Source: Antedon mediterranea (taxonomy: Eukaryota; Animalia; Echinodermata). Taken from it: a DNA stretch of 64,000 bases. Every line of letters starts with the position of its first letter. Within the stretch, counting starts at the first letter, position 1. The translations under genes were made by a program, and so were the position numbers. Shown here piece by piece: positions 50,410 through 63,501 of this stretch. The notes under the pieces are model-generated. The model saw nothing but the letters and a program-made list of their open reading frames with translations. It searched no databases and was not told where the DNA came from. The stretch spans positions 22,705,237 through 22,769,236 of the forward strand of contig NC_092672.1 of NCBI RefSeq assembly GCF_964355755.1, in the 5' to 3' direction.

Positions 50410-52453
50410 ATGAGTCTTGATGATAGAAAGAGCTTCTATGTTTGTAGTTGTTACTACACCCATAACATATTTTTACCTAAGTTTAAACTGCATGTGACGT
50501 AGGCCTATATAGATGATAAAATATTTGCTAATATTTGGAAACCGGTAAAACCTGTTGCTGCCAAATCTTCTTTGTACTAGGCCTAGGCCTAGACAGCAGA
50601 ACCTGGTCTGGTCCTAGTTAAGTAGAACTAGTAGGCCTGTCTAAACTAACCCTACCCTAGACCTTTATTTTGGAAATTAGATTTTTGCCGCTGTAGCCAT
50701 ACTGAAAACTTTACATATATGAATTTATGATATAGGCCTTAGTCTAGGGTATGCAGTATTTTTATAATTTACATGCACAGGTCAAAATTAACAAATTATG
50801 CATTATGATGGTACAGTACGGTAGTACTGTAGTTTCCATAAGTGCTCCGTTTAAGCACTGAGTGAGTACATAATTATATGGTATGTAATTTAAATGTGAA
50901 TGGGAAATAGAGAGAAACAAGCTTCAAATTGGAGCTACTGTATAGTACATATAATATTAATAATAAAATGTGAATTGTTTGTGTATTATTTTGTAGATTA
51001 TTAAAAACAAAGGGTGTGACAATGAAGAAGGATTCACAGACGTTCTGAGAGTCGTAAGTAATTGATGTTTTAATTTATGTAATTATGTTAAGTTATCTGG
51101 CTGATAATGGTACAAGTAGCAAAATACAGTTCATGTGTGTGTTGTAGCAGAATACGGTACCTGTATAGCAGAATATGGTACATGTGTAGCAGAATACGGT
51201 ACCTGTGTAGCAGAATAGTGTACATGTGTAGCAGAATACGGTACATGTGTAGCAGAATACGGTACATGTGTAGCAGAATACGGTACATGTGTAGCAGAAT
51301 ACGGTACCTGTGTAGCAGAATACGGTACCTGTGTATCAGAATACGGTACCTGTGTAGCAGAATACGGTACCTGTCTAGCAGAAAATTTTTCCCATAGTGG
51401 GACATTCAAATGCAAAACTATATTTTCTTTATTTTATTTCATACCATTAAACACATGTTATCTCACTAACAATTCATTTCAGGTTAAAACAGAAGTAAAA
51501 CGTAGAAAATCACTTGGCCGAGATTATTTAAAGAGAAAAGAGACAATTTTAAAACATTACACACCACTCCATCAAGAGATATACAAACTACAGGTATGTA
51601 ATTAAGTAGTAAAAAAATTAAAAGAATATTTTACCTGTTAACTACACCTTGCTGACGAAACACAACTATAAATGCATGTCTGATTTTGTAAAGAACAACT
51701 ATTACAACAAATGTTTAGCTTGACTATTTGCCTGACTACAACTGACAAGGACAACTTCCCCCTTTAGTTATATATTTAGTCAAGATATTTAACTAAAAAA
51801 TTTGAAATAGTTGGAAAATTTTTCTTCTTTATGGTATTATTTTCTCATTGAAATTGTTGTAGATTTCATTTCTGAGCCTAACATTTCTGAAGTTGGTTGA
51901 ACATAGCAAGCAGAAAAATGCATCAATGCAAAGTTTGATAAAACTCATGAGTACTGAAAAAGGTTTGTTGATAGTTGACCTATTGTAATCAAATTCTATA
52001 AAAAATTAGTAAAGGATTCTAACTTAAATAACTGTACATTGTGAAGCTCATTCTGCCGTGGAACAGTAATCGAAAAAGATAAAAATCAAAGCTATACACT
52101 AGTAGAGCAAGCTTTCCTATATGATTAAAACTATTTGACGAAAAGGCATATTTCAAACACATTAAAGGAAAAGTTAAGCACACAAAAAATGGCAAAATTA
52201 CATGTTTTTGCATTGTTATTTTGTGAACAATGGATGTTCTATAACTCATTAAAATGGCATTCAAAAACTTGCATATTTACTGTAATTACGTTTTATGTTT
52301 CACATTTAACTGTTTTTTTTTTATGTAGGAGAGCGTATTTACTCTTTTCCAATATTTACTGAAGAGTTTTGTAATTCATTTAAAGAAGAAATAGAACATT
52401 TTGAAAACACAGATTTACCAAAAGGAAGACCAAATACAATGAACAATTATGGT
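50410..52453 (+). pseudogene. OGFOD2: 5' half of OGFOD2 (2OG-Fe(II) oxygenase domain-containing 2); exon 1 has an in-frame TAG, catalytic exons absent; exons 2-5 open
   Basis: Exons 50410-50544, 50997-51053, 51483-51593, 51863-51962, 52329-52453 give FYVCSCYYTHNIF..LHVT*A..IIKNKGC..EVKRRKSLG..RIYSFPIFTEEFC..EEIEHFENTDLPKGRPNTMNNYG. This matches recalled human OGFOD2 (RIYRVPVFTAPFC..EELEHFEQSDMPKGRPNTMNNYG). Confidence 0.85.
51143..51382. repeat. 21-bp minisatellite, about 11 copies
   Basis: Unit TGTAGCAGAATACGGTAC(C/A)TG. Confidence 0.95.
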
Positions 52454-53093
52454 GTAAGTGTGGCTACCGTAAATGCCCTGCTTTGCATAAACTAATCAAA
52501 AACCCCACCTCAAATATTAACTCCCCTACCCCATTAACATCATTTGGTATAAATGCCCCTCATAAACATTAGTAGGGTAGGAAGGAGGGGTTACCGTGCA
52601 CCCCCATGATGTATTTTTTTAATGTACATTTTTGTAATCCTGAATATATATAATTAACATTTTTTGATGTTCCCAAGACGAAATATTGTCCCATGGGGTC
52701 TTTTGGGAGCCATTTTGGTGGCCATCTTGGATTTATCAAAATCATAAATATAGACGGTACTTGACAAAGACTGATCATAGAGGTCTGATTTTGGTCTTAA
52801 ATTGTTCAGAATATGCACATTTCTATGTACTATAATGAAAAGTTTTCGTTCAAAATGGCCGTAAATTCCACTTTTGACCTTTGACCTTGTTTTTACATAA
52901 GGGTCATATCTTGGTAACCCCTGGTCATAAAGATTTTATTTTTATCTTAAATTGTTCAGAATATCCATATTTATATTAGCTTTAATGGAACATATTTTTG
53001 AAATTTGACAGGAAATATCATTTTTTACCTTTGACATTATTGCATAACGATTTTCGCAATAATTTAGACTATTTTTGTATTTTGTGACAATTG

Positions 53094-53537
53094 TAACAAA
53101 AGGTGTGTACACACTATAACAAAAGGTGTGTACACACTATAACAAAAGGTGTGTACACACTATAACAAAAGGTATGTACACACTATAACAAAAGGTATGT
53201 ACACACTATAACAAAAGGTGTGTACACACTATAACAAAAGGTGTGTACACACTATAACAAAAGGTGTGTACACACTATAACAAAAGGTGTGTACACACTA
53301 TAACAAAAGGTGTGTACACACTATAACAAAAGGTGTGTACACACTATAACAAAAGGTGTGTACACACTATAACAAAAGGTGTGTACACACTATAACAAAA
53401 GGTGTGTACACACTATAACAAAAGGTGTGTACACACTATAACAAAAGGTGTGTACACACTATAACAAAGGTGTGTACACACTATAACAAAAGGTGTGTAC
53501 ACACTATAACAAAAGGTGTGTACACACTATAACAAAA
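53094..53537. repeat. 23-bp minisatellite, about 19 copies
   Basis: Unit TAACAAAAGGTGTGTACACACTA. Confidence 0.97.
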
Positions 53538-54322
53538 TGGCATGTTTTTTTGTTTAGTAATGTATGAAATATTTATTTTAGATGCCCCACGGTACAGAGG
53601 GTTACTTGTAAATTTAACAATTGGTGAACATATGAAAAATTGACATAATTCGTTTTTGCTTTAGCGTACATTCTAGGCTCCCCGACGAGGGGGTTAGATT
53701 GTAGTAATTTAAACCAAAAAAATAGTAAAATTGGCTGCTAGTCAGTGGGTTTTTGCTTGAATGTAACCATTTATTTTGTCATTTTATAAGTGACCAATTT
53801 ATTTATTTTTTCATTTTTTTTTTCATCTTTCATGTTTTTTTGTGGGACAATACATCTTTAATGAAATTGTTGTTAATATAAAAGTTGCTTTCAAAAGACA
53901 TCAGACCTCCCAACTCTCTCCCTAAAATACAATTTATTTTGGATTAACCAACAAAATATCCAAAGTTGTTAAAAAAAATGTTACTACTCTAGAAATAAAC
54001 TGAACGTAAGATATTCATGGATTGTTTAATAAGTGAAGTAATAAGTTTGCCATGTTTACTATTATAAATAATAAGTGTTCTTGGATTGGATGTATTTTTT
54101 TTGTAAGTAAATATTATAGCACCCCTCTATAGTGTGGACATGCTTTTATAAAATCTTCCAATATTTCTAAGTTGGGAAGTCCAAAACTTCCGTATAATGG
54201 TTATCTTCAAAATTATATTAATAATTAGAGCATAGCATTTCATATTTGTATAGAAGCCTTTACCAGTGACATTGCTTTAAATCTTAATTACTTTACAGAT
54301 TCACATTTTTATTTCTTGCCAG

Positions 54323-57300
54323 GAAAAGTCACGCCCAAGTAAGAGAGACAGAAAGTACAAAGGAATAACATTTCCTGGTATAAATTGGGGGAAAAAAATT
54401 TTTCGTCAAAAGGTAAGTTTTTCTCTAATCAGTTTATTGAGTTTGGTGATTTACGAATTGATTTAGAAATAAATATTCATGTACATTTTGATAAACTAAA
54501 TGTATGTTTTTTAGTTCAAAACTACCACAAACAGCAAAACCACCACAAATAGTGGTAAGTTCATTTTATTTTTCTAACAGCTATACAATGTCAAGTTAAC
54601 TCAGTTCATCTAATAGATAAATTATGATTTTCTTATACTTTATTTTGTATTTAATCAAATTTTAGAGGTGAATACTGAAACACCTGCAAAAGCTAAAGAT
54701 GTGAGTACTACAATATAGCATTTGTTGACTGTTCTATTTAACTCAACTCTACCTCCTCAAAAAGAATAATCCATCTTTCTTTCAACTCACAAATTCATTA
54801 CTTGTATACTGTTTAAAATGAGGAATTAAATCTATTATACTTTTAACATTATAGCCCTGGCGAAAGAACAGTGTTTAACTTTTCCTTATTCTATTAAGAT
54901 CCAGCCAATGATAACCATTGACAGTAATTTGCCTTCGAATTTATATACTTACTTTTAACATGGTATATAACATTACACTGATATGAATGGTTCAGAAAGT
55001 AAAACATTTACCTCTATGTTATTTATATAAAATTTGTTATTTTTATTTCTTGTGCATCAGGTTAGCAAGAAATCAACTGCAGAAGGTAAGTGTGTAATTA
55101 ACTTAAATTCTTAATACGTTAATTGTGCAAGTATAAAATAATGGAACATGCTGAGTGAATAATAATAGAATTAGTGAATGATAAAAATGATGATTCACAA
55201 ATAATAATAATAAAGTTGATAAAATTAACAGTGAAAGTGTTTACTACAATGAATCAAGATAGCCTTTCTACCCAAAGAAGAGCCATTTAATAACCTTTTA
55301 CATCTTTTCTTGTTATTTTAGGTTTAATTAGTTTTATCTTTTAAACATTTTAATTGTAGAAAAAGTGATTTACTGAAATATTGTTGCTACAGTATATAAG
55401 TGCATTATAAATTTATTTTTTATCTTATATAAATATCATGTGTAATATTTTACTGAAATGAGAAAGAGGTAGATCACTATTATTCAAATTGTCATTTAAG
55501 TGCAATAATGTTAAAAACAAAAACCAAAAATTAGGGTGAGACCACGAAACACAACCAAAAAAATGAACGTAAAGATATAATAATAAAGATAATGACAACA
55601 GAAAATTACCACAGAGAAGATGTCATTGATAATAGTAAGATTTAGACAAATTATAATAGTTGTAGAGATGATAATGATGATATATTCAATGTCTATTATC
55701 TTTTTACATATATTTAGTCTATTTGATTTGTAAACAATATTTTTTACACATTTTTCCCGTTGATTAATAAAGGAACTGAAGATGCATCATTGAATGTTCA
55801 ACAATCGTTGGATAAATATATTATTCAGGAAATTTTTTCAAAACAAGAAGTAAAACAGTCTCCTTTGGAAACTTTTAACATTTGGGATCACGGGAGACAG
55901 TTAATCTATCAAGGAATACATCAGGTAAGTTTTGGACATTTTGTATGTTTGTATGGTCTATTGTTTGTGTATTAACAGTTTTAATGCCTAATTATGGCAG
56001 TATCTTATCTGTATCACATGGATAGGATTCTGCTGTGTGTAGATAGGTGGGAACATGCCCACTGTAAAGATTGTTGTTTAGGCCTTCCACCTATCTTAAT
56101 GTTAACAGATTACCCAACAAACCTCTGTGTATCTCTTCACACACCCAATCTATAAGTTTTGCAAGCTATCCATAGACTTCTCTCACTACATGTGAAGTGA
56201 ATTTGAAGAGCTTTTTCTCTATTTAGAACTCTTAACTATTTATAAAGTTTACTTTTCTTTATTCTAATATATTTGTATTCTATTCACATTATTTCTATAT
56301 TGCTGTTTTAAGAGATAAGTATTTCTTTGATGATATGCGGTCTATATGTTCTGGATATATTTATTGATTTTAGAAAACACTGCATTCTATTACATCAGTA
56401 GGCTTTACTATCCTTGTCAAATAGTTTATAAATAATTGTTTTTATTTTGTATGCAGATCTTTGTGACATCAGAGGCAGTTTATGTTGCTGTCTTTGATTT
56501 GAGTAAAGACCTCGATGATCCTGCAATAGTAATAGATCCTAATGGGGTAAGTATTTCAGGGGTATTAGATTAGATTAGATGTTGTTGACAATCTCATTCA
56601 TTAGTTAAAAGTAAATTGCTTTCATTGCATTGCAATGTAGCTGTGTCAAAGAATGTCATACTTACTTTTATATATATAGACTAGTGCTGTTCCACCGTAC
56701 CACGCCGACAATGTTAAAGAGTCGCTATCCAATCAAGTTTGAACAATACCATGAAAGCCCCAGTGGTCTAATGGTTAAAGCAGAAGGTTCCGGGTTCGAG
56801 TCTCGGTTGGGAAGATTTTTTCTCATTCTCGCAGATTTCCTCATCTTATCATTTCAAATTAATTAATTCAATTTCAGTATATCACCGGGTGGTTTAGAAT
56901 TTATTCTGTGCCTGTAATGTTTATATGTATATATGTATATAATAACATAAAGTTGAAATTATACGATTTTTATTTGGTACTAAAATAATATACAATTTCT
57001 TATAGATTTTTATTATTTGAAATTAAATTATTTTTTACAGCAAGAACGTGAACATCATTGGACAAATCGTCAGTTTTTACTGTCTTCGATCCTGTCAGTT
57101 TATTCCCATAGTCGTATATTGGGACAGAATATTGAGAAGGAAGTAAATTTACCTGCTATCCTTGTTGTTGGCACACACAAGGCAAGTCTGGGAGAAACAG
57201 AAGAAGAACAAAATAAAGAGGTTAGTAATAATCTAGAATAGGTTTGTGTTTACAGTTAATACAAAGCTTAAAATATTTGTCTTGGGCACATGTACCACAG

Positions 57301-60300
57301 TGGGTATAGTAAATTTAAACTGTAGGACTAATAATCAATCAATTTTCACAGTTATAAATCCACCAAATGTAATTTAGCTTTTTGTGCAAATTAAGTTGAC
57401 ATGACATAAAACAAGTGATTGTCAAATTTGAAATATATAAAAAATATACTTGATGAAAATGAAACATAGAAGAGGTAATTTAGACTTTATTAATATTACT
57501 ACATGTTAGCATTTTAAGGTTTTAAAATAAAGTTTTGGGGAGAAAAATTAACAATTCTTTTTGTATGTTTAAATACGGTGCTGTTTTTATTTTCTTTTGT
57601 TTGTATATATTATGTAGTAGTGTTTACTTTTTGTTTAATCTAGGCAGAGGTGGTGTTACAGAAAGTTAAAGACTCCATGAAAGGAAAACCATATGAAAAA
57701 CATGTACTTGGATACTATGCTGTTGAAAACAGTAGGGAGACTACAGACAAGAGCTTTAGTGATCTGAAAAAAGTAATTCAGGATCTTATGAACCATTTAA
57801 AAAAGTCTATTCCATTAAAGTGGATGCGGTTTAGATGTGAAATGTATAATCTGAGGAAGGACAAATTGATATGTTCTGCAGAAGAGGTAAATTTTTATTT
57901 TATTATAATTTTTTTTTTTAGGGAAAGCAAAACTTGTTCAATAAATATTGTGAGGCAAAGCACCTTTCTTTAACAACACATTCAAGACTATCTGCTCTTG
58001 AAAACAAATCACCAGATTCTATTATACTTGTAATTGGTGATGTTAATAAATGCCACCTTAACTATCCGGGCTATGTTCAATACATTAATAAACCAACTAA
58101 CTCCCGTACCACTTTAGGTGCCTCGAATCATAACACAATATGTATGTTGCCGAAATACAGGCAATACTTTAATAATAAATTTAAGCCTGCTACAATTAAA
58201 TACCGCTCCTGGACAAGAGATGCAATGGTCAGACGTGTACTATGACAACACTGGCATAAATGCTAGTGTGACTGTCATCAATGAATACATCAAGCAATGC
58301 ATCAACAACGTGATCCCAATTAAACATAAGAAGTCATACTTACACAACAAACCTTGGATGTCTAAAAATATTGCAACATGCGAAAAACAGCGTGCCTTTG
58401 CTAATAATGTCTACAGTCTCGTGAAACAAAAAGAAATTAGAAATTCAAAAACTGTGATAGCCAAGCAGCATGTAAAGCAATGCAAACCATAACTGGTTTT
58501 AACTGTAAACAAAAAAAGGATATAAATGGTAATACAAACTAAACTTGTAAATAACCTCAATGAATTCTATTGTAGATTTGACAAATACGACTTTAGTGAT
58601 TGTATTAATGCAAAAGTTAAGTTACTAGAAAGCAAAGTTAAACTATTAGATCATGAATCTTACATGTTGCATGTCAATGAACACTTAGTTAAGCAGGTTT
58701 TAGGTGTTAAGGTAACTAAATCTATGGGCCCTGACGGTATTAGTAATAAAGTCCTGAAATGCTTTAGCCACCAATTGTCGGCAGTTTTCACTAAACTATA
58801 TCAATGCTCTATAGACTTTGGATTGATCCAAAATATTTAGAAAACTTCTCTAATTTCTTCTTTACCAAAAGCTAAAAATAAACCTCCTACTTACCTCAAT
58901 GATTACCGTCCCATCGCGTTAACATCAAATCCCATGAAATGTCTCGAATCATACTAAGAGCACTGGGAAAGTCAAAAGATGAATACCGCAAATGATATTA
59001 ATCAGTTTGCATATAAACCAAACCAAGGTGTGGATGATGCTGTGATCATATACAATGTCTATAAACACCTAGAAAAACTAAGATCCTACTGTATATCAGG
59101 TTAACCTTTATTGACTTTTTCAGTGCCTTTAACCATACTTTAACTGTATTCAATCCCACCTACTCATTGATAAGATGTATAAATTAAATTTCAATAATAA
59201 AATTTTCTTTGGCTTAAGTTACCTGAGAGAGAGACCACAGTATGTTAAAATCAGTGATACACAATCTGAATTACGCAAAGTTAGCACGAGCGCACCACAA
59301 GGCTGTGTCCTATCACCCATTTTATTCAAACTCTATACCAGTGACTACTTATGTAAAGAGCCAAAATGCTCAATTATCAATTAAGCTGAAGACACTGTCA
59401 TAACAGGTTTTATGTCAGATAAACCAAATGGCTATTTTGATGATGAAGCTAACCAGTTTGCATAATGGTGTAGAGATAATTTTTTAGAGCTAAACATTAC
59501 GAAAACTAAAGAACTTATTATCGATTTTAGAATTAAGAAACCTCAAATTGAACTTCTCCTTATTGATGGTGAAGATGTTGAACGAGTCAACAAATACATA
59601 TATTTAGGAACCATAATTGACGAGAAACTCACTTGGATCGACCAAGCCGTGGTAAAGAAAGCTAACTAAACTATACTTTTTAAGGAAACTTTTAATGTAG
59701 ATAGTAAAATACTGTTACTTTTTTATAAAGCTGTTGAATATAATCTGTTACTATGGGAACACTTCACAATTGATTACTATAAAAAGCAATACAAGCGTGT
59801 AGTCTACAACACCGATTTGAATACCGTCTCCTAATTGTATGAAGATTGTTTGATTAAAAAAGTGAAAGCAATAATGGATAACGATACCCACCCGCTCAGG
59901 CCTTCTTTTATGCTTAATCAAACCGGACGTAGAGTACCGCTTAGAATACGAACTTCATGATACCGATTATCATTCGTCTCACAATGCATTTTCGAGTATA
60001 ATAACACAAGTTGATAATAATTATAATCAATCTTACACAGAATTTATAATATTAATTACACTCTCTGTAAATTATATTTCTTGTTTCGTTTTTATATCTG
60101 TATTTTATAGTACTGTATTTTTATATAAACTGTAGTTTTATATGAATTTGTTTACATTACATACTGTGTATTTTATATGAATTTGTTTACATTGCATATA
60201 ATAATATGAATTTGTGTATTTTTAACTTTTTTAAGTTATTCTAAATGTTTTATGCTGTTTATTGCCTTGAAATTTCAAATTATATATTTTTTGGCAATAA

Positions 60301-63300
60301 AGTTATCTTGGATCTTGAATATGCATTGGCTTATAACTTTTAATTCAGGTTTAGATTTATTATTCATTCATTCAATTCATGTAAGACTTTGATAAAGGTT
60401 TTTCCTTTTATATATTATGTTTATTTCTGTTATATTTATATTTACTTTTAATTTATGTTTGAACAAGGAAAGTCTTACATGAATGAATAATAAATCTTGA
60501 GTATTGTATTTTGACGTTGAACTTGAGTGCAGAAAGTTATTTTGAAGAAACACCTACTTATTGTGTGGAGTACAACACTTGTATATTTATTTAAATTTTA
60601 AAAACATGCATTTTTGTTGATTTTAGGTTAAAGAAATGGCCAGACAAAACGGAATTGGTAATGAAAGCCAACAGTTAATTATGCTTAACTTTCTGTACGA
60701 CCTTGGTGACATAATCTACTTGCCTGATAATGAATTATTACGAAATCAAGTGGTGTTGGACCCAATGAGTCTTGTTCAGTTTGTAACAGCATTTGTGACA
60801 GTCGTTACACCCGATGAGTTTAAAGTAAGTGGGCTTATGTTGATGAAAAAAACACTCATTCGTTCAGAAGTTGACAGATAAAAAAAATGCTAGATTGGTG
60901 AAACTTTTAATTAGTCTTAAACTTTCTCTAATTTATCTGTAAACCCTAACACAATAAAGTTTGTTTCATTTGACACAAATGTTCCAATTGTGGTAAAACA
61001 TGTGATGAATCTATATATAGGAGTATTTTTAGAATGTGGTACGCAATGTCGATACTGAAACATACCCACACACAATAATATTATGCTGCTTTGCAGCAGG
61101 CTATCTCCATCTACAATAATTGTTTTGTGTATGATATAATTGTGAAGGTCCACCCAAATTCATCAAAGGTGTCAAAACAAAATTGGCTTTGTTTAAATTT
61201 GTTTCAATATTTGGACAATTTTTTACTACATACATGACCACCATCATATTTGCAGGTATAGCCCTCCAGTACACATATACAATAGCTTGTCTACATTTTT
61301 TTTTATGTCAAAGCTTCATTACAGTATTAAGAACCATTTGAGGGCACTTCCTAGATACAGGATACGAAAAGCAAGCATACCCTCTAGTTAAATTAATTAT
61401 ATTGGTTCTCATAAAAATTCTCTTCTTTCTCTTAACATTCAATCACTACTGGTTCATGGACACAAAAGTACATTTTGATTGTTTTGTTATTTTAGACACC
61501 TCAGTACCTTGAAGCCTTTAGAAACCTTGACAAAGGCATACTGGATGAGATGTTGTTAAAGAAATTGTGGGAGAAGAAGGGTATTGATAGTAAGAAATTC
61601 CAATACCTTGTAGACCTGATGATTCGATTTGGTTTCATTTGTGAGAGAACAACCTCCACCAGCCAAGCCAACACAGCAAGTACATCTACAGTAAGATTTT
61701 TTCTCAACTTTTTTGCACAAATTTATTTTACGGCCAATATTTTATATGTTTTTTTAAGAACAACCCTGTTGTTGACATACCCTGACTTCTGAGAGGTAGT
61801 TTAAATGGGATATAAAGGAATTTTTGTAATTGATGAAAGCTGCTTACGTTTTGCCCAATAACGCAGTTAGGCCGTCTCAGTCTTGAACCTTCCTTGCTAC
61901 TGGCCTGATTTTAACAAGACTTAGTATTAAAGATGTTAGATACATTGCTTTAAGCACTATTATTTTACTGTACTTGATTAAAGTTTGATCAAGGCAGATT
62001 AGATTTTATTGCATTTTTACACATTTTAACATTAATTATTTCAGAAATCAGTTGTCACGCGATCATTTTTTGTACCACTACGACTTGCTTTTGAGACGTC
62101 ACCATCCAGTGAAGTGAAGTCTGTGCATGATGGGCTCTCTATCAGCATCTATTACGACCTTTGTGGACATCTGCCTGACATACTGTTTCCATATTTAGTG
62201 ATTGATTTCATTAATGAATATCAGAAGGAGACAGAAGATGAACCACAACTATCCCATAATCATGCTGAGCTCTACATAGACCAATGTCATAATGTGATTC
62301 TGTCTCTTGTTCAATTGATAACTAAAGAAGATGAGCGAAAGTTCATGTTAAAGGTGACATTAAATCTTAAATTTAAACTACCAATAGTGTAATGTTATGA
62401 TTTGGTACTATTAATATGTTATATACAAGTGTGCGACAATAATGCATGCAATAGCTTTCAAATCCTAAAAATAATATGCTACAACAGATCAAGTGAAGCA
62501 TATTAAAACTAGAATGGCACTCCGAGAGTGCATACCTCCGCCTACTGTAAAATTCTTAATGCTGCGTGTGATTGGGCTAATTTCACTACAACAATTTGTA
62601 TGCAAGTTTGGTGTAAATGTTATTTAACCAGCCTTTCAACTGACAATAGTTTCAGTTGACTATCAATAGAACAGCAACGACAAAAACAAGAAATTGAAAT
62701 TCCAGTTTATTTGTTACTTTGAGACTGCTCGCCAGCTTTTGAAAATGCTCTCCAATCTTTTAAAACTAGCAGGTTTGAAAATAATAATAAAAAGTCCAGA
62801 ATTGGCATCCTGAGATCCATAAGATTTATTACACACATAATACACAAATATACTTATGTACTTTAAAATGTTTGTCTTTAGGCAACAATTAAAGGCAGAA
62901 TGGCAATTGCAGAAACAGCTACCACAGAATGTGAACCTTCTCCTGAAGCATGTAAACATGTATGTTATGATTTCTTTTAAAACATGCACCATTGGTGGCG
63001 ACATTCAATATTTTTATTCATCGATAAGTCCAGAAAATACGAATACACCGCACAATGAATACGTAGTACCGGGACGATTCGGCCAGGATACGATTCGTGT
63101 ACATACATCATTTCTGCCAGGGGACATAATTGGCATATATTTCGCATCTTACAAGACTTATTTTCAGTACAGGTTAAAATCTCACACACATAGTTTCCAG
63201 AGGGGTTGGCCATGTTTCAGAAATTCCCACTAGAGGGTGCGCGAGTGAAGCAAACAAACTCTCTAGTTAAAAGGAATTATCAACTTTTTTTTCTTACAGG

Positions 63301-63501
63301 TTATGTCAACGCTTGAGATGTCTTTCAAACATTCTAAAGATGGTGGTAGAAGGGGCATTAAATTCCATCGATGCATTCCCTGTGATTGTAGTAAGACATC
63401 TGAGAAGAAACACATGCAAGTTCTTGGAGATTTTCAGGAAGAGATGTTGCCATGCAAAGGAGATCGGATGAATGTTAAACGCTACAAGAGGCTATTTGGC
63501 A
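54323..63501 (+). CDS. Roco-family block C: micro-exon linker + 3' Roc + COR; probably continues beyond the window
   Basis: Phase-consistent exons 54323-54412, 54515-54554, 54666-54700, 55061-55085, 55773-55924 (FNIWDHGRQLIYQGIHQ), 56457-56546 (AVYVAVFDLS), 57041-57220 (ILVVGTH), 57644-57886 (IPLKW), 60627-60824 (LNFLYDLGDIIYL..VVLDP), 61496-61690, 62045-62353, 62882-62959, 63300-63501. Same exon layout as block B. Confidence 0.8.
56680..56915 (+). mobile_element. tRNA-containing interspersed repeat, copy 3 (5'-truncated)
   Basis: Reverse complement of 6578-6835. TGGTCTAATGG and GGTTCGAGTC boxes. TA-rich flanks. Confidence 0.8.
57940..60015 (+). mobile_element. Decayed non-LTR retrotransposon (APE-RT, Rex1/L2-like) in a Roco intron
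   Basis: GDVN, NKPW, KSMGPDGI, LNDYRPIALTS, QFAY, FIDFFSAF, APQGCVLSPILF-LYT and KTKELIIDFR motifs. Many stops and frameshifts; YADD is degraded. Confidence 0.9.

Noticed and set aside
51088-51415. Heptad-repeat ORFs on both strands
   Set aside because: Translation of the 21-bp intronic minisatellite.
60350-60498. Short inverted repeat (TTCATGTAAGACTTT / AAAGTCTTACATGAA)
   Set aside because: AT-rich, no clear TSD; most likely a decayed MITE with no evidence for a structured RNA.
62507-62545. Helitron-like end (CTAG next to a GCACTC-CGA-GAGTGC hairpin)
   Set aside because: No matching other end or second copy found; too short to support a call.
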